This document shows positions 29,346 through 40,267 of a DNA stretch of 64,000 bases, piece after piece. The notes under the pieces were generated by a model. It was not told the DNA's origin, made no database searches, and saw only the letters and a list, made by a program, of their open reading frames with translations. Position numbers and translations under genes: made by a program. How positions within the stretch are numbered: the stretch's first letter is position 1; each line of letters begins with the position of its first letter. This DNA comes from Chloroflexota bacterium (GTDB taxonomy: Bacteria; Chloroflexota; Anaerolineae; Anaerolineales; Villigracilaceae): assembly GCA_043826785.1 (NCBI GenBank), contig JBDRPT010000038.1:1-64000 (forward strand), in the 5' to 3' direction.

Positions 29346-30692
29346 TTAACGTTCCAGCAGTCCCAGGACCACAGGAAGCAACTGTTTTTTCCGCGAGACG
29401 ACGCCTTCAGCGAGACGTGTGCCATCCGGTTGGAGTGGGTATGGCAGATCACTCAATTCGGATGGTTCGTTGGTCAGGAGTAATCGGCTTGACCCCCGGA
29501 CGACATCTGTGACCATCAACATGGTGAAATCGTAGGCGCGCCGGTCGCGCAGTGTTTCCAGAGCAACTCGGAGATGACCCAGTGATTCGACCATTTGGAC
29601 CAGGTCTGTTACCTCCACCTGGGCAATGGCGAAACGAAAGCTGCTCGCCTCATAGGCCTTCAAGTCGGAGGTAATAATTTCCTCGGGTTGGCGCGAAGAC
29701 ATTCCAGCGCTGGCAAGGAGTACTTGATCGCCATAACTCTGGATGGTTTCTCCAGCCAGCGGGCCACCACGGACAAATGTCCAGCGTGCTAATCGTTCTG
29801 CTGCCTTGTGGTCGCGGTTGGTGGTGGTAGGACTTGTCAGGACCAGGGTGTCTGAGAGCAGGCCGGCCAATAATATCCCGGCAATTTGTGGAGGCGCACT
29901 CAAGCCGGATTCCTCGATCTGCTCGGAAACTAATGTGCTGGTCGAGCCGACGATGTCCACGGTGAATTTGATCGGTACATGGGTTGACGGATTACCCAGG
30001 CGGTGGTGGTCGAGGATCTCGAGCAGATCCGCCTCTTCGATCGATGCGATGGCCTGACGTGGTTCGTTATGGTCTACCAGGATCAACTTCAGGCGCGGTG
30101 GGTTGAGCAGGTCGCGCTGACGGCAGACTCCCAGATAGATGCCGTGTTCGTCGAGGACAAAGAAATCATCTTCTTCTTCCCGCAGGATCCTTTTCAGGGA
30201 GTCGCGGATGCGACCGTTCACCGGAAATTGCGGGATGTTGCGTTTGCAGGCGTCCCGACAAGGGGCATCAAGGATCTCGGCCAGGGTCATCTGCTGGCGT
30301 TTCTGGTGCGGGCCAACCATCTCATTTACATAGGCAAACAGGCTTGCACCGTTGACCATCCCGCAGGGTTTTCCTTCTGTGTCTACGATGGGGGCCACAC
30401 CCCAGGTCCGCGAGGCAATCGACCAGGCTTCCCGCAAGGGACCGTCCGGATGAGCGGTATCCAGCCGCCGGGTGACAACCTCAAAGTGGGGTGACGCATC
30501 AGTTAGAAGGATGGGCGCATCCAAGCTTAACTTCTTCAGCACCCAAGCGGTCTGCGGGTTGGCCGGTCCGGCGCGGGCGGCGATGAAATCACCCCCATCG
30601 CGCTCGCGTAATAACCAAGCATACCCCATTGCTGCTGCAATGGTGTCGGTATCCGGGTTGACGTGCCCGATTACATAGATACGATCGGCCAT
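29346..30692 (-). CDS. DHH-CBS-DHHA2 protein, probable CBS-domain family II inorganic pyrophosphatase
   Basis: DHH motif I (IGHVNPDTDTIAAAMGYA), CBS pair inserted mid-protein, then LVDHN, LDHH and DHHA2 GSTST motifs. Start placed at MADRIYVIG; the ORF track extends to 30794. Confidence 0.7.
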   Translation of the reverse strand: MADRIYVIGHVNPDTDTIAAAMGYAWLLRERDGGDFIAARAGPANPQTAWVLKKLSLDAPILLTDASPHFEVVTRRLDTAHPDGPLREAWSIASRTWGVAPIVDTEGKPCGMVNGASLFAYVNEMVGPHQKRQQMTLAEILDAPCRDACKRNIPQFPVNGRIRDSLKRILREEEDDFFVLDEHGIYLGVCRQRDLLNPPRLKLILVDHNEPRQAIASIEEADLLEILDHHRLGNPSTHVPIKFTVDIVGSTSTLVSEQIEESGLSAPPQIAGILLAGLLSDTLVLTSPTTTNRDHKAAERLARWTFVRGGPLAGETIQSYGDQVLLASAGMSSRQPEEIITSDLKAYEASSFRFAIAQVEVTDLVQMVESLGHLRVALETLRDRRAYDFTMLMVTDVVRGSSRLLLTNEPSELSDLPYPLQPDGTRLAEGVVSRKKQLLPVVLGLLER

Positions 30693-30868
30693 AACATTTC
30701 CTAGATGGTCTCCCTTGATAGCTCCGATAAGCCATCCTATTTTACTCGATATGCATTTCAACCCGGAAAAACCATACCGGGTTGGAGTTATCAAGCCTAA
30801 ACGAAATTGGAGGAGGAAGTAATTAGCGACGCGAAGTTAATAGATAATTATCAAAGCATAATCCTGGT

Positions 30869-33800
30869 TCACGATAGCCGCTTCAAATTACCTTGCCTCC
30901 ATATTTTTTCTGGCGTAATCGGATTTTCGTCGATATCTATGCCTACAGCATCAAGGACTGCATTACCCACCGCTGGTGCGACCCCATCCATGGGTATTTC
31001 GGCCACAGCCTTGACTCCAAAGGGATGGCTTGGTTCGTATGTTTCAATGAAGATCACATCCATCTCTGGCATCTCATCAGCCCGGAAGATATGGTAGTCC
31101 GAAAAACCACGTTCCCGGGCAACGCCGTAACCATCGTAGAGCATTTCTTCGCAAACGGCATACCCAAGCGCCTGGGCCATCCCACCCTCAATTTGTCCGG
31201 ATGCGGTCAGTGGGTTGATGATGATTCCCGAATCGACGGCCATGACCAACTTGTCTACTGTCACCTGCCCGGTCTCGACATCCACGGTCACCTCGGCGAA
31301 TTGGGCTGCAAACGGGGGAGGCGAAACCGGCGAGACATAGGATGCCACTGCCATGATTTGTTCTTGGTTAGAATGGTGGAGTGATGCCAGCGCAATTTCT
31401 TCCAGAGAGACCGAGCGGCCATCTGGCGCGAAGGCTCGATTGTCTACCAGGTGGATTGAGGTCCCGTTGGGCAAGCCGAGCAGATCCAATGCCCGCAGGC
31501 GGATTTTTTCGGCGACCTGCTCTGCCGCCCGGACAGCCGCAGTCCCGGAGATATAAGTTGTCGATGAGGCATAGGCTCCTTTGTCGAACGGAGTGAAGTC
31601 CGTATCCGAGGAGTAAGTAATGACATCCGCGACCCGCACGCCAAGCACTTCAGCGACCATCTGGGCGAGGACCGTATCAGAACCCGTACCCAGGTCCGTT
31701 GCCCCGACCAGCAGATTGAAAGAGCCATCATCGTTCAGCTTAATTGACGCTCCGCCCATGTCCAGGTAGGGAATAGCTGTTCCCTGCATAACCAGCGCCA
31801 CCCCGATCCCCTTGCGTTTGGCACCTATCGACCCGGGAATTCCGATCTCGGGAGACAACGACTTCCGCCAGGATTCGTTTGCGTACTTATCATCCCAGCC
31901 GATCGCGGCCTTGCCCTGTTGGACACATTGTTCGAGGCCGACGGTGAGAATTATTTCCGGATTCGGCTCGCGGCCTTCGTTCCAGGCAGTGCTGAAGGGG
32001 TGAAACTCGCCAGGCCGGATTGCATTCTTCAAGCGAAATTCGAGCGGGTCGAATCCCATCGCCCGAGTGATTTTCTCCATATGTCGTTCCACAGCCCAGT
32101 ATCCTTGCGGGACACCATAGCCACGGTACGCTCCGGAAGGAGGGGTGTTCGTGTAAACAATATCAGCGTGGAAGCGGATGTTGGGAGATTCGCGGTAATC
32201 CCCATCGCCGACATACAACGCCATAGACTTATGGCCGGTGTTCCCCGTCACGGTCAATGCGTGGCAGCCATATGCGCCGGTATCGCTGAGGATGCGCATC
32301 TCGTTAGCGGTTATTGTTCCGTCCCGCTTGACACCTGTCTTCATCCAGAGCGTCATCGGGTGGCGTGAACGGGAAGCAATGAATTCCTCTTCACGGGTGT
32401 ATTCGTACTGTACCGGCCGCCCAGTGGCGATGGTCAGGTGGGCAGCTATATCCTCGATCAATACTTCCTGCTTCCCGCCGAAACCACCGCCGATGCGCGG
32501 CTTGATCACCCTGATCCGCTTAACCGGCAGGTCGAGCACGGGTGCAAGCATGCGGCGGACATGGAAGGGAACCTGGGTGCTGGTGCGGATGACTAGCCGG
32601 TCATCCTCATCCCAGTAAGTCACACAAACATGTGGTTCGATGTGCGCTTGCTGGACCTTGGGGACCTTGTAAACACATTCGAAGACTTCATCCGCTTCAG
32701 AAAACCCTTTTGCCACATCGCCGATGTCGATACGTATCTGTGCAGCCAGGTTGCGACCCGGGTCGGAATCGGCGAAGTTAACGTATTCCGGTTGATCATG
32801 GATGCGAGCGGCCTCTGGCTTCATCGCTTCTGCCGGGTCCAGAACGGCCGGCAGGATTTCATAATCCACCTGGATGAGTTTCATGGCAGCCTCGGCGATC
32901 TCGGGGGTTTCTGCAGCGATGAAAGCTACCCGGTCACCGACAAAACGGACCATCTTATCCAGGGAGAATGTGTCGAGCGGGCCGGGGATCGGGTCGGACT
33001 GACCAGCAGTGGAGTACACGACCCGGGGAATGTCCGCCCAGGTCAAGACGGCTGCCACCCGGGGATGGGATCGAGCAGCACTGACATCGATCGTTTTTAT
33101 CCGGGCGTGGGCGTGGGGTGAGCGAAGGACTTTGGCATGCAACATGCCCATTTTTTCCATATCGGCTGTAAAGGCGGGTTTTCCCTGGGCGAGTTTGATT
33201 GCATCCACCTTTGCTACTGGTTTGCCCACAACCCGGTACGGCGCGGTCTCCGGGGCGACGAGAATCTTGGGTAGCGTTCTTAACTTTGTGGACAGAAGCG
33301 AAGATGAAACCGGTAAAGCAGTATCGCTGTCAACTCTAGGCGTGCTGTCATCTGGTGGTCCAGATGGAATGAAGCCTGTATCGGCAGGTATTTCTCCCCT
33401 CAGCACCGCAGCGGCCTTGAGAATCGCTTGCACTGGTTTTGCATACCCCGTGCAACGGCAGAGCACCCCGGCAATAGCCTCCCTGACCTCGGTCTCTGAA
33501 GGGTTGGAATTTTTATCCAATAATGCCTTGGCAGCGAGGATCTGTGCCGGTGTGCAATAACCGCACTGGATGGCACCTTCATTGATAAATGCCTTCTGGA
33601 GAGGATGGAGCCCGGATGTCTTCTTCCAACCCTGCTCTGGATGTTCCCCCAGACCTTCGATGGTCACGATGAAATGTCCCTCGGCTTGGGCGGCCAACAG
33701 CAACCCGGCATTTATCGGTCTGCCATCCAGGAGGATTGTATCCGCTCCGGATAGGCCTTCTTCATCACCGAACTTCACACCATAGAGGCCCAGACGTCGG

Positions 33801-33877
33801 AGTGTTGTGAACAAGGTCTCTCCCGGGGAGACGTCCAGGTCATGGGTTTTTCCGTTGATTTTCAAGCTGATTTGCAT
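30869..33877 (-). CDS. Molybdenum hydroxylase (xanthine dehydrogenase/aldehyde oxidase/CO-DH family) with fused [2Fe-2S] small-subunit and molybdopterin large-subunit domains
   Basis: About 1002 aa from MQISLKINGK. N-terminal plant-type plus four-helix 2Fe-2S domains (QCGYCTP...CRCTGY), a Pro/Ser-rich linker, then a/b hammerhead and MoCo-binding domains containing AYRGYG. The ORF track start at 33997 was rejected. Confidence 0.85.
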   Translation of the reverse strand: MQISLKINGKTHDLDVSPGETLFTTLRRLGLYGVKFGDEEGLSGADTILLDGRPINAGLLLAAQAEGHFIVTIEGLGEHPEQGWKKTSGLHPLQKAFINEGAIQCGYCTPAQILAAKALLDKNSNPSETEVREAIAGVLCRCTGYAKPVQAILKAAAVLRGEIPADTGFIPSGPPDDSTPRVDSDTALPVSSSLLSTKLRTLPKILVAPETAPYRVVGKPVAKVDAIKLAQGKPAFTADMEKMGMLHAKVLRSPHAHARIKTIDVSAARSHPRVAAVLTWADIPRVVYSTAGQSDPIPGPLDTFSLDKMVRFVGDRVAFIAAETPEIAEAAMKLIQVDYEILPAVLDPAEAMKPEAARIHDQPEYVNFADSDPGRNLAAQIRIDIGDVAKGFSEADEVFECVYKVPKVQQAHIEPHVCVTYWDEDDRLVIRTSTQVPFHVRRMLAPVLDLPVKRIRVIKPRIGGGFGGKQEVLIEDIAAHLTIATGRPVQYEYTREEEFIASRSRHPMTLWMKTGVKRDGTITANEMRILSDTGAYGCHALTVTGNTGHKSMALYVGDGDYRESPNIRFHADIVYTNTPPSGAYRGYGVPQGYWAVERHMEKITRAMGFDPLEFRLKNAIRPGEFHPFSTAWNEGREPNPEIILTVGLEQCVQQGKAAIGWDDKYANESWRKSLSPEIGIPGSIGAKRKGIGVALVMQGTAIPYLDMGGASIKLNDDGSFNLLVGATDLGTGSDTVLAQMVAEVLGVRVADVITYSSDTDFTPFDKGAYASSTTYISGTAAVRAAEQVAEKIRLRALDLLGLPNGTSIHLVDNRAFAPDGRSVSLEEIALASLHHSNQEQIMAVASYVSPVSPPPFAAQFAEVTVDVETGQVTVDKLVMAVDSGIIINPLTASGQIEGGMAQALGYAVCEEMLYDGYGVARERGFSDYHIFRADEMPEMDVIFIETYEPSHPFGVKAVAEIPMDGVAPAVGNAVLDAVGIDIDENPITPEKIWRQGNLKRLS

Positions 33878-33893
33878 AGGGTACTCCGGTGAT

Positions 33894-35531
33894 TTATTTG
33901 GCGTGGAAGAAATGAGCCAGAAGAGAAGATGCCCCGGTGAGAAGCAGGCCGAGAGCTGAGACAAAAAGTATCTGAATGATGGACAGGAAGCCGACAAACA
34001 TGGAGGAAAAATCGGGCAATGTCCAGGTTGCTTGGATGCCGTTCAAACAATAACTCCATAAAACGGGAAAGAGCAGGACGTAGATAACGATGAATGTCAA
34101 TCCGAGCGATGATTCTGCCGCCTGCCGGGGGAATGTTCGAAACACACCGGACCTGAGTGATGTAAGCAGCCAGGTCAGACTAAAAGCAACCATCGCCAGG
34201 ATGCCTGGAGTAACGATGGCATCGCTGACGCTGTTGATCGCGCTGAGTGAGTATGGGCGCCTGAGAAGAACTGCGTAGGCAAAATTGAAGCTGACCACAT
34301 AAAATCCAGCCTCGGCAAGAAACCAGGCGACCCGCCGGCGATGTTTCATGAACAGATAGCCTGCTGGCACGAACGCCAGGATGGCTGCAATCATACCCCG
34401 GGTTGTGCGCTCAACCGATAACCTTGATCCACGGGCATCGTCCAGCGCTTCTTCCAAAGACAATGGCGTATCCAGGATTTTTGGAGTCCTCTGGACGCCA
34501 ATGCTGGACTGATATGCAGCCAAGAGCCTGGCTCTTTGGTCAGTGGCGGCGTTGTGTATGGCATCTAGATCCGTGGGATGAATTGCCAGCATTTCTAGTA
34601 ATACCCGCCCCTGGCTGGACGCCGGAATGTTGATCCCAAGCAGGGCCGCGACCGTCGGGGCGATGTCCACTTGCTGGATGTCTGCATATGGACCCGGGAT
34701 GACTCCTGCTCCGACCATGACAAAAGGCTGGATGAGGGTGATCGCCTCATGGCCTCCATGCCCGCCGCGGTCGATCTGGCCATGGTCCGAAAGCACAATA
34801 ACAGTATCCAAGGAGAGGTCGAGGTGAGTTATGATCTCGGCAAGAAGCAGGTCTACGCGGCGCGCTGCTGCATTCCAACTCGGATCCACCGGTCCCCCCT
34901 CATGATGACCGGCATAATCAACCTGATCGAGGTGGACCAGGATGAGTGCGTACTCCCCGGATAGCCAGGGTAGCGCGGCATGGACTACATCTAAGTCTGC
35001 GGAATGGTCTTCGCCGGGAGTATAGAAACCGGCATCGACTCCGCTATGGACAAGCATCCCTTCGAACCAGGCATAACCGGAGACAGCTGAATTCAGCATC
35101 GACCGGTCAACAGCGGAGAAAATGTCATCCTGAGTGAATGCACGGACAAGGTCGTCGGTGGGAGGGTTGAGCGCTTGGCCATCATTGATATCGGGCCAGG
35201 CGCCCGTCAAAATGGTAGTCCATGCGGGAGCCGAATAGGATGGTGGCCGGCTACGAATGGTTGCCCAAGCTCCCTGGGCGCGCAGGCCAACGAGCGTCGG
35301 CATGAGTTCCCCTTCAAGCGATGTATCCACGCGAAGGGCGTCGATCAGCACGAGCACAACCTTGCGTGTCAGCGTTGTCCCGAGCGGTTCACCGGGATCC
35401 GGCGGAGCGTCATGCAGCGGACTCCGGTAGGTATACAGCGAATCCATTTGGTCGCTGGCGAGAAGCCCCGCGCATCCTGCAACCAGGATACAGCCAACTA
35501 ATCCAAGTATGATCCCGCGATATGTATTCAT
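33894..35531 (-). CDS. Alkaline-phosphatase-superfamily phosphodiesterase/nucleotide pyrophosphatase-like lipoprotein with C-terminal polytopic membrane domain
   Basis: 545 aa. Lipobox LVAGCAG. Metal-site motifs of the phosphodiesterase (type I PDE/NPP) family (VVLVLIDALRVD, LDQVDYAGHHEG, VLSDHGQ, HGGHE). The last about 190 aa form 5-6 TM helices. Start codon abuts the stop of the upstream methyltransferase gene. Confidence 0.65.
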   Translation of the reverse strand: MNTYRGIILGLVGCILVAGCAGLLASDQMDSLYTYRSPLHDAPPDPGEPLGTTLTRKVVLVLIDALRVDTSLEGELMPTLVGLRAQGAWATIRSRPPSYSAPAWTTILTGAWPDINDGQALNPPTDDLVRAFTQDDIFSAVDRSMLNSAVSGYAWFEGMLVHSGVDAGFYTPGEDHSADLDVVHAALPWLSGEYALILVHLDQVDYAGHHEGGPVDPSWNAAARRVDLLLAEIITHLDLSLDTVIVLSDHGQIDRGGHGGHEAITLIQPFVMVGAGVIPGPYADIQQVDIAPTVAALLGINIPASSQGRVLLEMLAIHPTDLDAIHNAATDQRARLLAAYQSSIGVQRTPKILDTPLSLEEALDDARGSRLSVERTTRGMIAAILAFVPAGYLFMKHRRRVAWFLAEAGFYVVSFNFAYAVLLRRPYSLSAINSVSDAIVTPGILAMVAFSLTWLLTSLRSGVFRTFPRQAAESSLGLTFIVIYVLLFPVLWSYCLNGIQATWTLPDFSSMFVGFLSIIQILFVSALGLLLTGASSLLAHFFHAK

Positions 35532-36629
<1,098 letters not shown>

Positions 36630-36687
36630 TCACTCTTATCGCTAAGGGCGACCAAAGCAATAATGATATCAACTCTGCATACTCTTT

Positions 36688-37467
36688 TCATCGCGTATTC
36701 TCCAGGTCCCCGAGGTTTAAAACGCAACGCCTGACCAGAATCTCGGCCGTGGCAGCGCGATACTCGGCACTACCCCATGGGTCGTTGGCAGCGTGGGCGG
36801 CGTTTCGCGCCGCAGCTTCAGACCCTGCGGGATCGTTGCCATCCATCGCAAGCGTTGGAGATGCCCCCCAGCCTCCCAGGGCAAGCCTGGTCCTGCCAGA
36901 TGGCCATCGGGCTAGGGCAACACAGATAATCGGTTTATCCCCGGGCGTACGGGCGACCTGTTCATATGCGGTGATTGCATTGACTGGAAGTTTGACCTTG
37001 GTAATCAGCATGGAAGGGCGCAGAGGAAGATAATCTCCCAGGCTGATCTTCGTTTGCTCAGGTCCTCCTTTGGATGAGTAGTCAAAACCAGACAGTTCAG
37101 CATCGAGCGCAAGCATCATCGTAGCCAAAGGCGATCTCCCACTGCAGGATACTAATGAACCAGCGATTGTCGCCATGTTACGAATATTTACCGCTGCTTC
37201 ATGGCGGATGGAGTTTTTCAAGGACAACGATGTATATTCGCTCTCAAGCAGTTGCTGGAGGGTTACGCAGGCATCAATTTCGAGGTTTTTTCCACGTTTG
37301 AGGATGCGGGTCAGTCCTAAACCCTGTAGGTCAACAATGGTAGCATCCGGAACCAGAAACGCAGGTGTGTTGATGAGTGTCCCACCGCCCAGAGGAAGGG
37401 TATTAGGTTTTCTGAGGAGTGATAGGGCATTTTCTATGGTTTCAGGGCGATGATATTGGATGATCAT
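36688..37467 (-). CDS. Molybdenum hydroxylase FAD-binding subunit (CoxM/XdhB-like)
   Basis: 259 aa. FAD-binding_5 start MIIQYHRPETIENALSLL...LGGGT and CO-dehydrogenase flavoprotein C-domain. Confidence 0.8.
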   Translation of the reverse strand: MIIQYHRPETIENALSLLRKPNTLPLGGGTLINTPAFLVPDATIVDLQGLGLTRILKRGKNLEIDACVTLQQLLESEYTSLSLKNSIRHEAAVNIRNMATIAGSLVSCSGRSPLATMMLALDAELSGFDYSSKGGPEQTKISLGDYLPLRPSMLITKVKLPVNAITAYEQVARTPGDKPIICVALARWPSGRTRLALGGWGASPTLAMDGNDPAGSEAAARNAAHAANDPWGSAEYRAATAEILVRRCVLNLGDLENTR

Positions 37468-37586
37468 GGCATCTCCATGTGTCTAGATGGTCTGTTGGTC
37501 ATATTATACCCGCCCGTTTGTGTGAGCATCCCAAGGAAAATCAATATAACAGCCAGTCAGTTATCACTGAGAATGGCTGCATTATA

Positions 37587-37602
37587 TGTGACAAATATCA
37601 CA
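37587..37602. promoter_or_regulatory. Perfect CRP/FNR-family consensus box TGTGA-N6-TCACA
   Basis: TGTGACAAATATCACA in an AT-rich 230-bp intergenic region about 97 bp upstream of the arsR-family gene. A near-identical half-repeat TGTCACAAATAT recurs at 37653-37664. A 5-4-5 inverted repeat CACATGCATATGTG (37599-37612) is adjacent. Confidence 0.4.
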
Positions 37603-37662
37603 TGCATATGTGCTAAATGTCACTATCTCAATATAGCCTTATTCGATAATATTGTCACAAAT

Positions 37663-37682
37663 ATATGCGTATATACGCATAT
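37663..37682. promoter_or_regulatory. 20-bp perfect palindrome, candidate ArsR-family operator overlapping promoter/RBS
   Basis: ATATGCGTATATACGCATAT is its own reverse complement. It ends 17 bp upstream of the GTG start of the ArsR-family regulator. Confidence 0.45.
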
Positions 37683-37698
37683 AAAGAAAGGATAAGCA

Positions 37699-38046
37699 GT
37701 GAATTCTGATCTTGAAAATGAAGTTGTTCAATTGCACGCCGAGATCTGTGCAGCGCTTGCAGATCCGAGCCGGATTCTGATCTTGTATGAACTCTCCAAT
37801 GGTACCCGGAATGTGACTGAGATTTCTAAAAACTTGAAAATGTCTCAGCCGATGGTCTCTAGGCATTTGAAGGTCTTGCGCGAGCGGAACATGGTCAATA
37901 CGGAGCGGGAGGGAGCTGTCATCTGGTACAGCCTGGGAGATACCCGGCTGATCGAGGCGCTGGATACTTTGCGAGCAGTCTTGCGCGACACACTCGCAAA
38001 ACGAGCCGAATTAGCAGAAGCATTTCCTGACCGGATAAATAGATAA
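37699..38046 (+). CDS. ArsR/SmtB family transcriptional regulator
   Basis: 115 aa. wHTH with ALADPSRILILYELSNGTRNVTEISKNLKMSQPMVSRHLKVL, the ArsR signature. Single Cys in helix 2 (EICAAL). Confidence 0.85.
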   Translation: MNSDLENEVVQLHAEICAALADPSRILILYELSNGTRNVTEISKNLKMSQPMVSRHLKVLRERNMVNTEREGAVIWYSLGDTRLIEALDTLRAVLRDTLAKRAELAEAFPDRINR

Positions 38047-38065
38047 TCAGCATAGGAGTGAACTC

Positions 38066-39313
38066 ATGAAAACCTTACTTATTCTAGGCGCTGGTACGGG
38101 GGGAACGATGGTGGCAAATAAAATGACTAACCTCCTGGATACCCGCGAATGGCGAATTGTGATTGTAGACAAAGAAGAAACTCATTATTACCAACCAGGC
38201 TTTTTGTTCATCCCATTTGGGATCTATCAACCAACGGATGTTGTTAAGCCTAAGAGCAACTTCTTTCCAAAGAGTGCTGAAGTAATTTATGCGGATATTG
38301 AATTGATTGAACCCGAGAAGAACCGGGTAAAACTGTCCGGGAACAAGACAATCAGCTACGACTACCTGGTTGTTGCCACTGGCAGCCATATTCATCCCGA
38401 AGAGACGGATGGCATGATGGATGGTTGGCAGAAAAACGTATTTGATTTTTATACACCTCAAGGTGCTGCCAACCTGCACAAGTTCCTTGAGACCTGGAAT
38501 GGCGGTCGTCTTGTCCTCAATGTTGCTGAAATGCCGATCAAATGTCCGGTTGCGCCGCTGGAATTCCTATTCCTTGCGGATTGGTATTTCAATCAGCGCG
38601 GCATTCGCAACAAAGTCGAACTGACATTTGCTACGCCTCTCTCTGGCGCCTTTACAAAACCAGTTGCATCGAAGATGCTTGGCAATCTCATGGAGAGAAA
38701 GGGAATCTCGGTCGTCCCGGATTTCAACATCATGGAAGTTGATAACTCAAAAAATACCATCCGGTCCTATGATGAAATCGAAGTCCCCTTTGATGTGTTT
38801 ATCAGTATTCCGGTCAACAAGGGCGCGGAGGTGATCGGTGCTTCTGGCATGGGCGATTCGCTCAATTTCATCCCTACCAATAAAAACACTTTGCAAACGG
38901 AAAAGTGGGAGAACATCTTCATCATCGGTGATGCAGGCGATGTGCCTTCTTCCAAGGCGGGATCAGTCGCCCACTTTATGCTGGATATCCTCGTGGACAA
39001 CTTACTTGACCATATGAAGGGTCACGAAATGAAAGCAAGCTTTGATGGGCATGCCAATTGCTTTATCGAATCTGGATATAACAAAGGTCTGTTGATCGAT
39101 TTTAACTTCGAGGTGGAACCACTGCCAGGTACTTTCCCATTCGCTGGCGTTGGTCCGTTCCGGTTGCTGCAAGAAAGCTATCTCAACCACATCGGCAAGA
39201 TGGGTTTCCGCTGGATCTACTGGAATATCTTACTCAAAGGATATGATCTGCCTTTTGTTGAAACCCATATGTCTATGAATGGTAAGCAAGTGCTGGTTCA
39301 GGAACCAGCTTAA
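38066..39313 (+). CDS. FAD-dependent pyridine nucleotide-disulfide oxidoreductase, sulfide:quinone oxidoreductase-like
   Basis: 415 aa. N-terminal FAD fold LILGAGTGG. Conserved Cys in IKCPVAPLEF and HANCFIESG, reminiscent of SQR/FCSD active-site cysteines. Confidence 0.65.
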   Translation: MKTLLILGAGTGGTMVANKMTNLLDTREWRIVIVDKEETHYYQPGFLFIPFGIYQPTDVVKPKSNFFPKSAEVIYADIELIEPEKNRVKLSGNKTISYDYLVVATGSHIHPEETDGMMDGWQKNVFDFYTPQGAANLHKFLETWNGGRLVLNVAEMPIKCPVAPLEFLFLADWYFNQRGIRNKVELTFATPLSGAFTKPVASKMLGNLMERKGISVVPDFNIMEVDNSKNTIRSYDEIEVPFDVFISIPVNKGAEVIGASGMGDSLNFIPTNKNTLQTEKWENIFIIGDAGDVPSSKAGSVAHFMLDILVDNLLDHMKGHEMKASFDGHANCFIESGYNKGLLIDFNFEVEPLPGTFPFAGVGPFRLLQESYLNHIGKMGFRWIYWNILLKGYDLPFVETHMSMNGKQVLVQEPA

Positions 39314-39339
39314 TCAAATCATCAATCAGGAGAAAAGAT

Positions 39340-39648
39340 ATGACTGACATTCTTAAAGCAGTTGCGTTCAATGACGAAGGATTTATGACCGACTCAAATC
39401 AATGGACCAAAGAAATAGCAATGGCTATCGCCAAGCTGGAAGGGATCGAAACCCTTACCAACACGCATTGGAAGATCATCGACTTTTGCCGCCAATCTGG
39501 CGAGGAGAACGGCAAAGCCCCTACACTGCGGACCATCACTGATGGGACTGGAGTGACAACCAAGGAACTTTTTGCCTTGTATCCCAAGGGACCTGCCAAA
39601 AAAGTGGCCAAAATATCCGGTCTCGGAAAACCTGAGGGATGTGTTTAA
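39340..39648 (+). CDS. TusE/DsrC/DsvC family sulfur-relay protein
   Basis: 102 aa. Conserved C-terminal arm ending PKGPAKKVAKISGLGKPEGCV (penultimate Cys) and internal DFCRQ. Confidence 0.75.
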   Translation: MTDILKAVAFNDEGFMTDSNQWTKEIAMAIAKLEGIETLTNTHWKIIDFCRQSGEENGKAPTLRTITDGTGVTTKELFALYPKGPAKKVAKISGLGKPEGCV

Positions 39649-39733
39649 TTATTTTTTTCGAACAGACACCAGCTAGACGTTGTAGGTGCCTGAAGAAATC
39701 CCATCTGCATTCAACAGCTAAGGAGAAATTGTA

Positions 39734-40240
39734 ATGGCCGAAGAAAAGAACCGCCACATCGTGTTTATCTGTTCAAAAGGGGACCTGGATATGGCCTACC
39801 CGGCGCTTATCATGGGCTGGGCCGCTCTAGGCAATGGCATTGACGTAACCCTCTTCTTTACGTTCTGGGGTATGGATCTGATCACCAAGAAGCGCGTCAA
39901 GCGCCTGGAACTTGCCCCGGTCGGCAAGACCAGCATGAAGATGAGCCTGATGGGACTACCGACTGGAAATCTTGGAATCCCGAACATACTAGCCATTATC
40001 CCAGGGATGACGGCCTTTACCTCATGGTTCATGAAGAAGAAGATCGCCGAAGTCGGCGCCCCGCCTGTTGATGAGTACCTTAAAATGCTGATGGACGGCG
40101 GTGCAAAACTCTATGGCTGCAAGATGTCCGTGGATATGTTTGGATTGAAGGAAGAAGACTTCATCGATGGCGTGGAAGATGTGGTCACCGCCGGCGATTT
40201 CATGGATATGACGGAAGGCGCGCAAATTATTTTCATTTAG
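39734..40240 (+). CDS. DsrE/DsrF-like (YchN-like) sulfur-transfer family protein
   Basis: 168 aa. N-terminal HIVFICSKGDLDMAYPAL with conserved Cys, typical of DsrE-like proteins. SD AAGGAG. Confidence 0.6.
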   Translation: MAEEKNRHIVFICSKGDLDMAYPALIMGWAALGNGIDVTLFFTFWGMDLITKKRVKRLELAPVGKTSMKMSLMGLPTGNLGIPNILAIIPGMTAFTSWFMKKKIAEVGAPPVDEYLKMLMDGGAKLYGCKMSVDMFGLKEEDFIDGVEDVVTAGDFMDMTEGAQIIFI

Positions 40241-40267
40241 TCCCCGCCTTAGAAATTGACAATAAGC

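Noticed and set aside
33878-33997. Upstream extension of the Mo-hydroxylase ORF (MSASCPSFRYF...)
   Set aside because: It would overlap the preceding gene's end region. The 2Fe-2S domain clearly begins at MQISLKINGK.
33894-35531. Possibility that the alkaline-phosphatase-family protein is a BREX PglZ
   Set aside because: It has about 545 aa, a lipobox and a C-terminal TM domain, and its motifs fit the type I phosphodiesterase/NPP family rather than PglZ, which is about 800 aa. No brxA/B/C/L or large PglX-type methyltransferase is present. Kept only as a loose analogy.
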